Positions 38,008 through 47,974 of a stretch of DNA of 64,000 nucleotides are shown here, in pieces. The stretch's first letter is position 1, and every line of letters begins with the position of its first letter. The notes under the pieces were generated by a model that was given only the letters and a program-made list of their open reading frames with translations, was not told the DNA's origin and made no database searches. The position numbers and the translations under genes are program-made. The DNA is from a virus (lineage: Duplodnaviria > Caudoviricetes), in IMG/VR virus record IMGVR_UViG_3300037041_001875, positions 1,600-65,599 of that record. One strand, written 5' to 3'.

Positions 38008-38097
38008 GGTCGCGTGTTCGAATTCTGCCCCTGGGTGGCTTAAAAAACACCCTTCCCGTTGGCTTGGCTGTCCGGGGGCAGTCTCGAGAACACGACC
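38008..38097 (+). promoter_or_regulatory. Long intergenic hairpin after the capsid gene
   Basis: CGTGTTC/GAACACG and CTGCCCCTGG/CCGGGGGCAG stems ending just before AGGAGG. Confidence 0.55.
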
Positions 38098-38114
38098 CAT
38101 AGGAGGTTTCAAGC

Positions 38115-38987
38115 ATGGGCAAGAAGAGATACGTTCCACGGTGGATGCACTCCCGTGTGGTCGTTACGTCCTTGGGTGACATGATCGCCGACCCCGAGCT
38201 GTTCATGAACAAGACGGCGTGGCCTTTCAAGATCGAACATCTCACAATCTTCGGCTATCCATTGGACGTTGATCACAACTTCCTTCAAGCGGGTGGCATC
38301 GGCTCTCTCATCCAAGGAGAGATTGGTATCAGCGGGTCGACCGACGTCAATCTAGTTCCTGCCCCTGTCAATGCATCTTTTGGGTGCACTGAACTGCATA
38401 CACAAATCGGCGCCTTCATGGAAGGCACCACGATGAAATTTAAACACCCTTATCTACTCTCGCGTGATAGCGGGTTCAATGTCGAGTGCACTCTGAACCT
38501 CGACGATTGCGGTACGCGCACTTTTCTTACTTCTATGAAACATGGTGTAGCTCTCTTCGGAGTGAAGGTCCAGTCGGGCAAGCCTGCGATGCTGGCTGGA
38601 TTGTTCCGGCATTTGGATGTTCCTACAGGAAGCTCCTTCACCATCGAAGCGGCAGACCTGTTCAACGATGGCGAAGAAGATGTGCTAATTCAAAGTATGC
38701 AGTTAACGCACCCAATGGAAGATATGCACTCTATCCTTATGGGTGTTTACTGGAAGATAAATCCAATGTCTGGCTTGACTTGGATGGATCAACCGGTGCA
38801 TATCTCTGGAATCACGCCTTACACGATGTCTCGACGCAACTTCGATGGCATAAAACCATTTTCCTTAACTCCACTAGAAGACACTTATTTGTATCGGCGG
38901 CAAAGATTGGGGATCAAGTTGACACCTCTAGTGGATGAAGACCAGCCAGTCAATATAACTCTCTTCGGCTATTTGGAGGTGGAGTGA
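38115..38987 (+). CDS. Double-jelly-roll-like protein 1
   Basis: HPYLL...ALFG-GKP / TYLY...TLFGYLEVE internal duplication. Confidence 0.55.
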   Translation: MGKKRYVPRWMHSRVVVTSLGDMIADPELFMNKTAWPFKIEHLTIFGYPLDVDHNFLQAGGIGSLIQGEIGISGSTDVNLVPAPVNASFGCTELHTQIGAFMEGTTMKFKHPYLLSRDSGFNVECTLNLDDCGTRTFLTSMKHGVALFGVKVQSGKPAMLAGLFRHLDVPTGSSFTIEAADLFNDGEEDVLIQSMQLTHPMEDMHSILMGVYWKINPMSGLTWMDQPVHISGITPYTMSRRNFDGIKPFSLTPLEDTYLYRRQRLGIKLTPLVDEDQPVNITLFGYLEVE

Positions 38988-39859
38988 TGGCTAAAAACTA
39001 TCTCCCATTTGCCCGTCGAGTTTACCTCGATGTCCCTGCCGGGACTAGAAGGTCAATTCTACGTGAGCAGTTTTCGAGTGGTATGGGCAATCGAGCTTTT
39101 CTGTCTGATGTGGCAATCGACTTAATTTATATTGATGGGATTACCACGTATAACTACAATTGGCAGGTAGGGCGCGTGCTAACTGAGCGTGTGTTCATGC
39201 GTATGGGTATTTTTGGCGCTCCTTACTTGACAGAAGATTTCTATCCTATCGCGCTATTCAACGATTCTCCTATGGAAGAGGTCGGTGTATGGAGATTGCC
39301 AAAACCATACACAATCTTTCCAGGTGAGAGGTTGAAAGCTCGTGTGCAGTTTTCTCCCGGCGGCGCTGTGGCTCCTTTGCCCAGTGAGGCATATGGTGGG
39401 TACTATGCAACTTGGCCGAGCATAGCTTTTCACGGTGTCCGTCAAGACAACAAAAGACCCATAGTTTTGTATGATACGTTCCCTTCAACCTTCGATCAAA
39501 ACGACGTGTTCGTGACTCCACCATTAGGGACTCCAGTTATTTTGCAAGGTGAACGCTTGCAATGTCCCAAAGAGACACCCGTAGACATTTATGCCGTGAA
39601 AAATCCCACTTGCGGCGATGGTCAGCAAGGCCAGTTCCCGGGTGTGCAGATTTGGTCGCCCGACGGCCGGAAGTGGTGGGAAGATGATCGGTGGCCGCTG
39701 GTTCTGTATCCCACGTTCGTGATAAAAAATTTGCGTGGGCCTGAATGGGTTTTGGATGTTAGTGAGACGCTGCAAATTGAATTCGAGAATCTTCCTGTTT
39801 ACTCGTTCGATAGAACCTTAATGGTCACGTTGCGCGGTCAAGTGGAGGTAGAAATATGA
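38984..39859 (+). CDS. Double-jelly-roll-like protein 2
   Basis: KPYTI...AFHG-KRP / WVL...TLRGQVEVE. Confidence 0.55.
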   Translation: MMAKNYLPFARRVYLDVPAGTRRSILREQFSSGMGNRAFLSDVAIDLIYIDGITTYNYNWQVGRVLTERVFMRMGIFGAPYLTEDFYPIALFNDSPMEEVGVWRLPKPYTIFPGERLKARVQFSPGGAVAPLPSEAYGGYYATWPSIAFHGVRQDNKRPIVLYDTFPSTFDQNDVFVTPPLGTPVILQGERLQCPKETPVDIYAVKNPTCGDGQQGQFPGVQIWSPDGRKWWEDDRWPLVLYPTFVIKNLRGPEWVLDVSETLQIEFENLPVYSFDRTLMVTLRGQVEVEI

Positions 39860-40926
39860 AAAACATTTTCGTGACTACCCCTGGTGTTCCAAGTCCTGTT
39901 GTGGCCTCGAGGTTCACGGCCTTCAAGGGCGAGCGCCCCAAGGTACTCTCGCAAGTTCCCGCGGGTGAAAATGTCGCCGAAGTTTACCCGTGGATTTCGG
40001 GCGTGCGGCACATGATTAACGGTGTGACGGACTCGGAAACCAAGGTTATTCGAGAAGGCTACGGGTCTTCCGCTTTCGTGAACAACACCGACCGAGTTAT
40101 AAGTATCAAGCAGTTGAGGTTTTTCTCTTCTCAACCGCCCGGTCTTGTCATGATATTAGGGAATTCGATGATTTATGCCCGCATGGGCATTAAAGTAAGA
40201 CACACCGATTTCGAAATCGTGTCTGAATGGCTCCCATGCGGCATGCTCGAGACGCAAAACAATGTATGGGAAACAGTTGCCCGTAGCAATCTCTGTATGT
40301 CCCTGCCAACCCCGTACTATTTGCAGTCGGGACACACGTTCAGGACACGCATACGCTCAACTAATCCGTTCATGGCCGCTGCGAATTATTCTTTTTCTAT
40401 GACTTTGTTCGGCAAAGACCCAAAGAACGGCAAACCGTATGAGCTTTGCAAGCAAGTGACCGTGCCCTACCGCGCCACGCCGGCAGTTAGCGCCGCAAAC
40501 CCCCTGTATGTGGACGTTGTGTTTGATGACAACCGCGACTATCCCATGCGAGATATGCTGTTAACGCATATTTTGTTTTCGATAGCTCCACACGCAGGCG
40601 TGGGGTACGAGCAGGTTTTGCGTTACGCACAGCAACTAGATTTTCAGTTTATGCCGCCCGAAGGGCCAAAGTGGCTAGACTTTGCCGACTGGGCTCCAGT
40701 GGGTAACTTGGTAGATCAAACAATATGTAGCAATGTTAGTGCTTCGTTTGTTTCATACAGGCCAGAAACGCCTATACTTTTCGCTCCTAGCCAGCAGATA
40801 GATATTGACGTCAGAGCGCTTGCGCCGTTGTCTTATCAGGATGCCGAGGAGCCTAGAGAGCTTATCTACGAGGTTCCGTTGTGGGTCACGTTGATCGGCA
40901 CGCAAGAGCAGCAGGTGAACAGATGA
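39856..40926 (+). CDS. Double-jelly-roll-like protein 3
   Basis: TPYYL...TLFG-GKP / TPILF...TLIGTQE. Confidence 0.55.
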   Translation: MKNIFVTTPGVPSPVVASRFTAFKGERPKVLSQVPAGENVAEVYPWISGVRHMINGVTDSETKVIREGYGSSAFVNNTDRVISIKQLRFFSSQPPGLVMILGNSMIYARMGIKVRHTDFEIVSEWLPCGMLETQNNVWETVARSNLCMSLPTPYYLQSGHTFRTRIRSTNPFMAAANYSFSMTLFGKDPKNGKPYELCKQVTVPYRATPAVSAANPLYVDVVFDDNRDYPMRDMLLTHILFSIAPHAGVGYEQVLRYAQQLDFQFMPPEGPKWLDFADWAPVGNLVDQTICSNVSASFVSYRPETPILFAPSQQIDIDVRALAPLSYQDAEEPRELIYEVPLWVTLIGTQEQQVNR

Positions 40927-41216
40927 GCCAGCTCGACCGATACTATCTGAAGTCGTCGCCAGAGGTGATCGTCAAGGTTCAGGTTCCATCGTTGGTCACC
41001 CTTTGGGTGGTTCCCGTCGTGGACATGGAAGATGAAACCTTCGAGTCGTCGATGGTCTACATCACGATCAACGATGAGCCGAAGTGCCGTTTGTGGAAGG
41101 GGACACCCCTCATGACAAACCGGCTCCATTTCCTGCATCTCGAGGCCGGGGATTCCATCTGGGCATGCACTCGTGACCAGGCCCTTGTAGGAATCCAGAT
41201 CGACGCGGAGAACTGA
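40923..41216 (+). CDS. Small beta-rich protein (penton/minor capsid candidate)
   Basis: ATGA coupling; LHLEAGDSIWA. Confidence 0.5.
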   Translation: MSQLDRYYLKSSPEVIVKVQVPSLVTLWVVPVVDMEDETFESSMVYITINDEPKCRLWKGTPLMTNRLHFLHLEAGDSIWACTRDQALVGIQIDAEN

Positions 41217-41218
41217 AG

Positions 41219-41767
41219 ATGGACGTCACATATGGGCATGACGAACGCTGGCCGGCAAACACATGGATAAACCTGTGGGTCGAGACCTATAATCGTCCGC
41301 CCGTCATGCCCCAAGAGATGCGCCCTGAGCTCGAGAAGCTAGACCTCGACGTGTTCAATCCCGAAGAAGGCATGCTTTCCGTGTTCGGCGAATCTTTGGT
41401 GAGCTACGATCCTGACAAGCAGGTTGGAAAGTCCCTCGTGTTTGTTCGTGACCGTTCTGGTCTTATGACCAAAACCAATCTGATCTCGTCGCTCACACGA
41501 GCTCCTTGGACGCCTGTCGCATCGGGACCGTTCATGCCGTCGGTGTCATACTGGCCGGGAATGAGCGACACGCTCAAGACGAATCAGGACACTATCACAG
41601 CGCTTTGGAATACCCAGCAGGGAACTGAGGGCGCTTGGAGCTTCGCTAAGTTCTTTGGTACAGTGCTCAAGGTGAGTGCGGTGGGTGCGATTGGGATCTT
41701 GCTGTTTTCCCTTTACACCCGCGCCATGCCTGAACCTCGACTACCAAGAAAGCGAGCCTACCGATGA
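41219..41767 (+). CDS. Membrane protein (C-terminal TM, basic tail)
   Basis: Hydrophobic helix then RLPRKRAYR. Confidence 0.65.
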   Translation: MDVTYGHDERWPANTWINLWVETYNRPPVMPQEMRPELEKLDLDVFNPEEGMLSVFGESLVSYDPDKQVGKSLVFVRDRSGLMTKTNLISSLTRAPWTPVASGPFMPSVSYWPGMSDTLKTNQDTITALWNTQQGTEGAWSFAKFFGTVLKVSAVGAIGILLFSLYTRAMPEPRLPRKRAYR

Positions 41768-41935
41768 ACACAAGTGACAAGATCAAGCTCGGTACAAGCC
41801 TTTTGAAAGCGCTCGTTGCCGGCGCGGCGAAGAACCGCTCTCAACGAGGCAGCGAGGCAGAAACGAAACAGAATACGAACGTGAGCGGCTGTGGAGGTTG
41901 CACGCGGTCGGATCACAAGTGAAGTGAGGTGAGTC

Positions 41936-42853
41936 ATGGCGGAAACCTGGGATACCGGCGAAGACAGTAGCTCTTGGGACACGACCACGCAGGACTACAG
42001 CACGCAAACCGAGCGTGACCAGTGTGGCCAGACCTTGGACGAGTCGTGGGAGTATCAGACGGACGACTATGGCTACACCAAGCAGGACAACAGCCAAACC
42101 ACGGGCTACAAAGAGGCGCGCAAGACTGAGATCAAGCGGATTCAGACCGCCTTATTGCGAGCGACCTTCAACCCGGGCACCGTCGACGGCTCTTGGGGGC
42201 CGAAGACCTGCTCGGCCATGCTCGCATTCCAGAAGAGTCGCTTCGGCTCGGCGAAGAAGGCCTGGTTGGATATCGAGACGTGGACCAAGCTCGACTTTGA
42301 CATGAGCACCTCGAAGAGATTCGAAGACCTCTACGGCCGGTCATGCGGTGGAGCTCCACCGGCTGGTTGGGCGGGCGCAGGAAGCGGAACGAATGTCGGT
42401 ATCAGCGCTACCGAAATCCAGAAGATTCAGTACGGACTCGGCGTGCTCACAACGGGTGTGTTCGACAAGGCCACGTGCGCTGCGCTCTACAAGAAGCAAG
42501 CGGCTCTTGGAGTGAGTGGCTCAGTGCTCACGAAGCGCGTCTTCGAGACGCTCGGCTTCACGACTTCGGACGCTCAGAAGTTGGCTATGCAGCTCGGCAC
42601 GGCTTGCACAGCCTACTACAAGGCGGCTGGAAGCACAACCCCGGCGAAGCCATCGACGACGCCAGCTAAGCCAACCACGCCAACCACGCCAACCAAACCT
42701 CCGACGACTCCAGGCACAACGCCAACCAAACCCACAATCACTCCACAGACCGCAGGGCTCAGTGGATGGTGGATCTTGGCCGGCATGCTCGTCGTGGGCA
42801 TCGGCGGCATGATTTTCATGAAAGACCAGAAGCCTGGTAAGAGGCGTCGATAA
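41936..42853 (+). CDS. Peptidoglycan-binding (PG_binding_1 x2) membrane-anchored protein
   Basis: IKRIQTALL...VDGSWGPKTCSAMLAFQ; second repeat; P/T linker; C-terminal TM. Confidence 0.85.
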   Translation: MAETWDTGEDSSSWDTTTQDYSTQTERDQCGQTLDESWEYQTDDYGYTKQDNSQTTGYKEARKTEIKRIQTALLRATFNPGTVDGSWGPKTCSAMLAFQKSRFGSAKKAWLDIETWTKLDFDMSTSKRFEDLYGRSCGGAPPAGWAGAGSGTNVGISATEIQKIQYGLGVLTTGVFDKATCAALYKKQAALGVSGSVLTKRVFETLGFTTSDAQKLAMQLGTACTAYYKAAGSTTPAKPSTTPAKPTTPTTPTKPPTTPGTTPTKPTITPQTAGLSGWWILAGMLVVGIGGMIFMKDQKPGKRRR

Positions 42854-43536
42854 TGTCAACTGTTCATGCAGAATTCGGACTTCCGATTTTCATCGCCGAT
42901 GCCGGTGAAAAACCTCAACGCGGTGCGTTCTTCGCAACGAACGGCAAGTGGACGTTGTCTGGCATTGCGAAGGCAGCGTACAATGATGCTTCAGCGTGGA
43001 AGATCATCAACAAGAACGGTTGGAACACTTCGAATCTCGTCTACCGGGCAGATTCCACGAAGTGCACTTCAGTAAAGCGCGAGAGCTCTTGGGCGCTCAC
43101 GACGTTGTCGCCCGTGGCGAGCACAAAGTCGGCGTTCATTGCATTGTGCCAGCGCGACGCGAAGTCAATTCCATCCGTTCCGCCGAGGGTCTTCAAGTTC
43201 CCAGTGATTTGGATTCCTGACCTCGACAAGATGCCGTTGCCGGTCGCTGGAAAGCCTACCGCAGAACCCGAAACTAAACCGGTTGGACCAACGGTGTTCG
43301 TGGACCCTATCAAAGTGTACTCTGACGTCGCCGTGGACCCCGGCAAGCCCACGAGCGGCGGCGGTTCTGGGAGCGGCTCTAGCGGCGGTTCTGGGAGCGG
43401 GGCGCCCATTACCACCCCTGGGACACCACGGCCGCAAGAGGCCGGCATGGGACCGTTTGTGCTGATTGGCGGTGGACTGCTCATGTTGCTTGGCCTGCTC
43501 GTCTGGCCGGTGACGAAAGGCAAAAAGCGTCGATGA
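42853..43536 (+). CDS. LysM-like membrane-anchored protein
   Basis: TLSGIAKAAYNDASAWKII..N; G/S linker; C-terminal TM + KKRR. Confidence 0.65.
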   Translation: MSTVHAEFGLPIFIADAGEKPQRGAFFATNGKWTLSGIAKAAYNDASAWKIINKNGWNTSNLVYRADSTKCTSVKRESSWALTTLSPVASTKSAFIALCQRDAKSIPSVPPRVFKFPVIWIPDLDKMPLPVAGKPTAEPETKPVGPTVFVDPIKVYSDVAVDPGKPTSGGGSGSGSSGGSGSGAPITTPGTPRPQEAGMGPFVLIGGGLLMLLGLLVWPVTKGKKRR

Positions 43537-43757
43537 ACACGGCGGTCGTGAAGCATGTGGAAGTCTTAGAAGCTCATCGACTCGTGGCGTTGTGCGTCTG
43601 GTGCAAACGCGACGCGGAAGATGCAGCTCAGTGGATTTCCTTGAACGGTCGGCCAGTGGTCCCACTCTGCCCAAGGTGTCATAAGGACGTCGAACGAGTC
43701 GCTCAAGCTATGGTTGTTTTCGGGCGCTTTGTGTTGCCCAAGATGGTGAAAAAATGA
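43533..43757 (+). CDS. Small Zn-finger protein
   Basis: CVWC...CPRC; ATGA coupled on both sides. Confidence 0.6.
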   Translation: MNTAVVKHVEVLEAHRLVALCVWCKRDAEDAAQWISLNGRPVVPLCPRCHKDVERVAQAMVVFGRFVLPKMVKK

Positions 43758-45277
43758 CGGCTAAGTCTCAGGATGTAAAAGTCTTTCCGGGCGACGAAAG
43801 CACAAAGTTTCGCTTGCTCGAGCGTACTGTGGACACTGGTGCCGATCCGGCGTTCATTGAAGCGCCGCCCTACATCCTGAACGCCACAGGCAACAATGCC
43901 AACGGCGTGGACGTGACTAAGTGGCACTCGGTGACGGTTACTCACACTGCGCAGGACTATTCCCAAGCGGGATGGACCGGGTGTTCGGTGACGTTCATTC
44001 CATGGCGTTATTACAAGCCGATCACTCCCCAAGCGGCGGCGACACCTCCCGCGGTGAACATCCCGCCGCAAGGCGCATGGATCGCGGACAACGAAGAGAC
44101 CATTGCCATTGACGCGGTTACGCTTGGCATCACGCAACAGAAGGTGTACTCGACGCTCAACTGTGATCGGATGTTCTTCCAGGTCACGAGCGTTCTGAGC
44201 ACGGCCGAAGAAGAAGCGGTCATTGCCGGCGCCGAGGTCATGCGGCAGTCCGTGTTCGGTGTGACGCCTCGGCAGGACGACGGCTACTCGCCTACAGTGG
44301 TCGGTTCGGCCGGTGGGGCTGGCGGCGGTGGCGGCGGTACGGTCACGATCCCAGATCCGATCAACAATAACACGATTCAGTTGGCCGGCAACGCCATAGA
44401 CCTCCAGGCTGGCAACGTCGCGGCAGGAACCCAACGGGTCACGATTGCTACGGATGACGTGAACCTCGCGGCGATAAACACGAACATCGCTGACATCGAG
44501 GTCGACACTGGCAACATAGCCGGTGATACGGCCAACATTCTGATCGACACTGGTACTATTGCCAGTAACACCACAGACATATCGGCCGACACAGGTAACA
44601 TTGCCGGTGATACGGCAAACATTCTCATTGACACTGGTACAATCGTTACCAATACCGGAACGATTGTCACTAACACTGGCAACATCGCAACATCTACCGC
44701 TATCATGGACGATTGGGATGCCGTTCATGACTCCCCGGCAGGAACCGACGGTGTTCGCCTCGAGGGGTATGCGTCCGATTCGCAGGTCGCTGCGGTGTCG
44801 GCGAATGCGGACGACGTCCGCCTGGCTCTGAGCAAGCACGGCGAGGTCTATGAGGCGAATCACACCTACGCCACGCAAAGCAATCGCACCGAAGAAATCG
44901 ACCCCGCCAACCAGTGGTATGAATTCTCGACGCTCGTTGCTGTGACCAATGGTGCGGACGCCACAAACTACTATTACATACCCATGGCGTCATATACGCG
45001 CTTGGATATGCAACTGATTTTGAGTGGTGGTTCTGGCACGGTCACGGTCACTGTGGAAGGTTCTCTACAGGCAGACGGCACCGCTCCCGCAAGCTTGGCC
45101 TATGTCGACGTCACAAATCAGGCCTACGGTTCGGCCAGCTTCACGGCCAGCATCGTGCTAGTGGACAATACACAGTTTTTCTGTGCGTTCAACTACATCC
45201 GTGTGAAGGTTGTGGCGGCAACGGGCGGCGCGAATGATGGCGATTGGACAATCTACATAAAGAAGACGTGGGAATAA
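43754..45277 (+). CDS. Spike/fibre protein with central 7-aa repeat stalk
   Basis: DTGNIAG-DTANILI-DTGTIAS... heptads between two beta-rich domains; poly-Gly hinge. Confidence 0.72.
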   Translation: MTAKSQDVKVFPGDESTKFRLLERTVDTGADPAFIEAPPYILNATGNNANGVDVTKWHSVTVTHTAQDYSQAGWTGCSVTFIPWRYYKPITPQAAATPPAVNIPPQGAWIADNEETIAIDAVTLGITQQKVYSTLNCDRMFFQVTSVLSTAEEEAVIAGAEVMRQSVFGVTPRQDDGYSPTVVGSAGGAGGGGGGTVTIPDPINNNTIQLAGNAIDLQAGNVAAGTQRVTIATDDVNLAAINTNIADIEVDTGNIAGDTANILIDTGTIASNTTDISADTGNIAGDTANILIDTGTIVTNTGTIVTNTGNIATSTAIMDDWDAVHDSPAGTDGVRLEGYASDSQVAAVSANADDVRLALSKHGEVYEANHTYATQSNRTEEIDPANQWYEFSTLVAVTNGADATNYYYIPMASYTRLDMQLILSGGSGTVTVTVEGSLQADGTAPASLAYVDVTNQAYGSASFTASIVLVDNTQFFCAFNYIRVKVVAATGGANDGDWTIYIKKTWE

Positions 45278-45281
45278 CCAA

Positions 45282-45872
45282 ATGACTGTTAGCGGACGCA
45301 CAGGTATATTCACAGGAAAAGTAGATCCTATAACGGATTGTTTGCATGCCATAGAAAATGAGCATGCTAAAATACATGGTGGCCGTCATTTCTTTTCTTA
45401 TACAGCAGACAGATACGGATCGCTAGATTCAGAGAGAACAGGCACAAATTTTCTTATAATTCCCCCGACAGTTAATTCGGGGTACAAGTGCCACTTTACA
45501 TTTAAAGTGCTGTATTTTGGCGCAATTGAGTTATGTCTTGAAGAAGACATCACCTATACCGGTGGCAGCGCAGTTTCTATTTATAATAATGACCGTGCTA
45601 GCGCCACTTCAGCTTTAACTCAAATAAAACAAGATGTAGCAATCACGGGTGGCACGCGGACACAATTAGTACCAGCATATCTAGGAGATATTCCTAATGG
45701 ATTAGGAACTAGTGGAAGTTTTTCGGTTGTTAGACCGGATGAAGAGATCATATTGAACGGTGCCTATAATTATATTCTTAAGATGGATGTTCACAATTCT
45801 GGAGAATTGTTAGCGGGTGATAACGTAACGACAACAATATTTCAATTTTACGAACATGTAAACATCGAGTAA
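45282..45872 (+). CDS. Beta-sandwich virion protein, paralogue 1 of 3
   Basis: MTVxGRT...EHxxxHxG...NxxR...E.IL...YE. Confidence 0.72.
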   Translation: MTVSGRTGIFTGKVDPITDCLHAIENEHAKIHGGRHFFSYTADRYGSLDSERTGTNFLIIPPTVNSGYKCHFTFKVLYFGAIELCLEEDITYTGGSAVSIYNNDRASATSALTQIKQDVAITGGTRTQLVPAYLGDIPNGLGTSGSFSVVRPDEEIILNGAYNYILKMDVHNSGELLAGDNVTTTIFQFYEHVNIE

Positions 45873-45881
45873 GGTGATTTT

Positions 45882-46430
45882 ATGACGGTACGTGGACGAA
45901 CAGCAATCTACCCAGTACGCATCGATCAAACGACCGATGCCGCCGCAGTAGTTGACTATGAGCACAAAGAGGTTCACACGGGTGACGCCTTCTATGTGAC
46001 TCAAGTGGATGAGCTTGATGATACGGAAATCACGTCTCATCGTTTCCTTCCGCCAAATACTGCGGAATGGATGCACTTCTTCTTTATTATCGAGGCTCAA
46101 GCAGCTTGTTTGATAGAAATACGCGAAGGCATAACCGATGGCATAGAAGCTAGCTCAGGTATTCTCAATCGAAATCGTAATTTCTCGGATGCTCTGGCCA
46201 CTATGAAGCATGAAAGACAACTGGGAGCGGCTACGCTTGGCACAGTGATATGGTCTTGGGCCAGTGGTGGGGCAACTGAAAATTCTAGGACTCCTATGCT
46301 AACTCGGCAGAGTGGGGAAATCGTACTAAAGCAGAATACGCTATACGAAGTCCGCGTGACTTCAAGTGTGGATGATAACATCGTGTCGACTTATTTCACT
46401 TGGTATGAACATACCAACGTGGAAAACTGA
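45882..46430 (+). CDS. Beta-sandwich virion protein, paralogue 2 of 3
   Basis: Same motifs. Confidence 0.72.
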   Translation: MTVRGRTAIYPVRIDQTTDAAAVVDYEHKEVHTGDAFYVTQVDELDDTEITSHRFLPPNTAEWMHFFFIIEAQAACLIEIREGITDGIEASSGILNRNRNFSDALATMKHERQLGAATLGTVIWSWASGGATENSRTPMLTRQSGEIVLKQNTLYEVRVTSSVDDNIVSTYFTWYEHTNVEN

Positions 46431-46439
46431 GGTGTTGTC

Positions 46440-46985
46440 ATGACAGTTGTAGGACGCACTGCACTATTCCCAAATAAGATAGACCAGACAACCTCTGGTA
46501 AAGCCCAGCTAGAGTATGAGCATAAGCAGGTTCATAGTGGTGATGCTTGGGTAGTGACATACAATGCGTCGACTGATGCAGCGGCAACCTTAGACCGTTA
46601 TATAGTGGTCCCAAACACAACGAGATGGCCTCACGTATTTTGGGACATAGTTGGTCAAGGTCTAACAACCATTTCGTTGTATGAAGGTGCTTCTGGCACC
46701 TATGATCCTGTCACAGCGTACAATAGAAATAGAAACAGTGTTCGGGCTAATACGACTGTCATAGGCAATCCAACGGGAATAATCACGGCAGGAACCTTGA
46801 TATGGACGTGGCAGTCTGGCACAACGGGACCATCCCGGGCGCGGGGCTCGGGCGCTACGCGAGAGACCGGCGAGCTCGTATTGAAACAGGCTACAACCTA
46901 CTTGCTTCGATGCACGAGTGGCGTGAATAGCAACATAATCTCGGTAGACTTGATTTGGTACGAACAAACAAACATCGAAAACTAG
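46440..46985 (+). CDS. Beta-sandwich virion protein, paralogue 3 of 3
   Basis: Same motifs. Confidence 0.72.
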   Translation: MTVVGRTALFPNKIDQTTSGKAQLEYEHKQVHSGDAWVVTYNASTDAAATLDRYIVVPNTTRWPHVFWDIVGQGLTTISLYEGASGTYDPVTAYNRNRNSVRANTTVIGNPTGIITAGTLIWTWQSGTTGPSRARGSGATRETGELVLKQATTYLLRCTSGVNSNIISVDLIWYEQTNIEN

Positions 46986-46988
46986 GAG

Positions 46989-47282
46989 TTGCTCATGGCA
47001 CAGACAGACAAATGGGTCACAGACCTAGTAAAAGAGCTCGATAAGAAGACGAAAGAGCAGCTCGACCCCACATATGTGACGCCGGACGCCAAATCGAACT
47101 TGATCGAGCCGACGCTTGTGGAGTCGCAAGCGATGGTCGAGCACTTTCGAGCGGGCAAGTTGCCGTGGGACGTCATGAAGCTCGTCCGACGAGGCAATCT
47201 GACCTTCTCGTTCGAACAAATCAACGATGCCTTGATAGCGTGGCAGGGTGTTCTAAGTTCTAAGAGTCCGAAGAGCATTTAA
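46989..47282 (+). CDS. Hypothetical protein
   Basis: AGGAG RBS. Confidence 0.6.
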   Translation: MLMAQTDKWVTDLVKELDKKTKEQLDPTYVTPDAKSNLIEPTLVESQAMVEHFRAGKLPWDVMKLVRRGNLTFSFEQINDALIAWQGVLSSKSPKSI

Positions 47283-47284
47283 TA

Positions 47285-47965
47285 ATGACGAGTTCGATTT
47301 ACAACTATCAGAACAATGCCAAGGTCTGGTTGCCCATGACCTCGGCATGTCATGATCCTGTCAATGTTCGCACGTTGGATAAGTCGGGAAATAATTTACA
47401 TTATCGTTTCGGTGATGGAGCTATTAGTGGCAGTTTTCCGACTAAGTTGTCAGGTAGCCGTGGCTATCTTAACGACACAGTAAATAAATATCTTGAAGCG
47501 CTAGCTAATGAAACAAATGCCATAACCCAAGGAACTTGGGCCATATTTTTTAAATTAGATGACTGGGTATCAAACCAGCATATTGTTAGCCATTATGATG
47601 CGTTAGGCAATTGTCGTTGTATTATTCAAATAGTTGCTAATATCGCAAGATTTTATTGTGGCGACGTAGCGAATCCGGTGGGATTAACTATTAATCTGCG
47701 AGGTAACAAGGTTTTCTTAGCTGGGTACAGAACCACTGACGGTTATAGAAGACTATATGTAAACGGTATAATAGCAACACCCGTAAATGCTGGGGTCAGT
47801 TTGCCGGGAGCCCCTACAACTAATCCAAGGATTTTTAATAACTACGTTCTAACTACAGCATGTTATGCTAACGTCTTTTGGTATGGTCACTGGGAATACG
47901 CCCTAACAGAACTTCAACTAAGAGACCTCGAAGCACGTCTGAGAAGACAACTGAATGATGTTTGA
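47285..47965 (+). CDS. LamG/concanavalin-like lectin protein
   Basis: DKSGNN, LYVNG, ALTELQL. Confidence 0.75.
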   Translation: MTSSIYNYQNNAKVWLPMTSACHDPVNVRTLDKSGNNLHYRFGDGAISGSFPTKLSGSRGYLNDTVNKYLEALANETNAITQGTWAIFFKLDDWVSNQHIVSHYDALGNCRCIIQIVANIARFYCGDVANPVGLTINLRGNKVFLAGYRTTDGYRRLYVNGIIATPVNAGVSLPGAPTTNPRIFNNYVLTTACYANVFWYGHWEYALTELQLRDLEARLRRQLNDV

Positions 47966-47974
47966 GGTAGGTTC

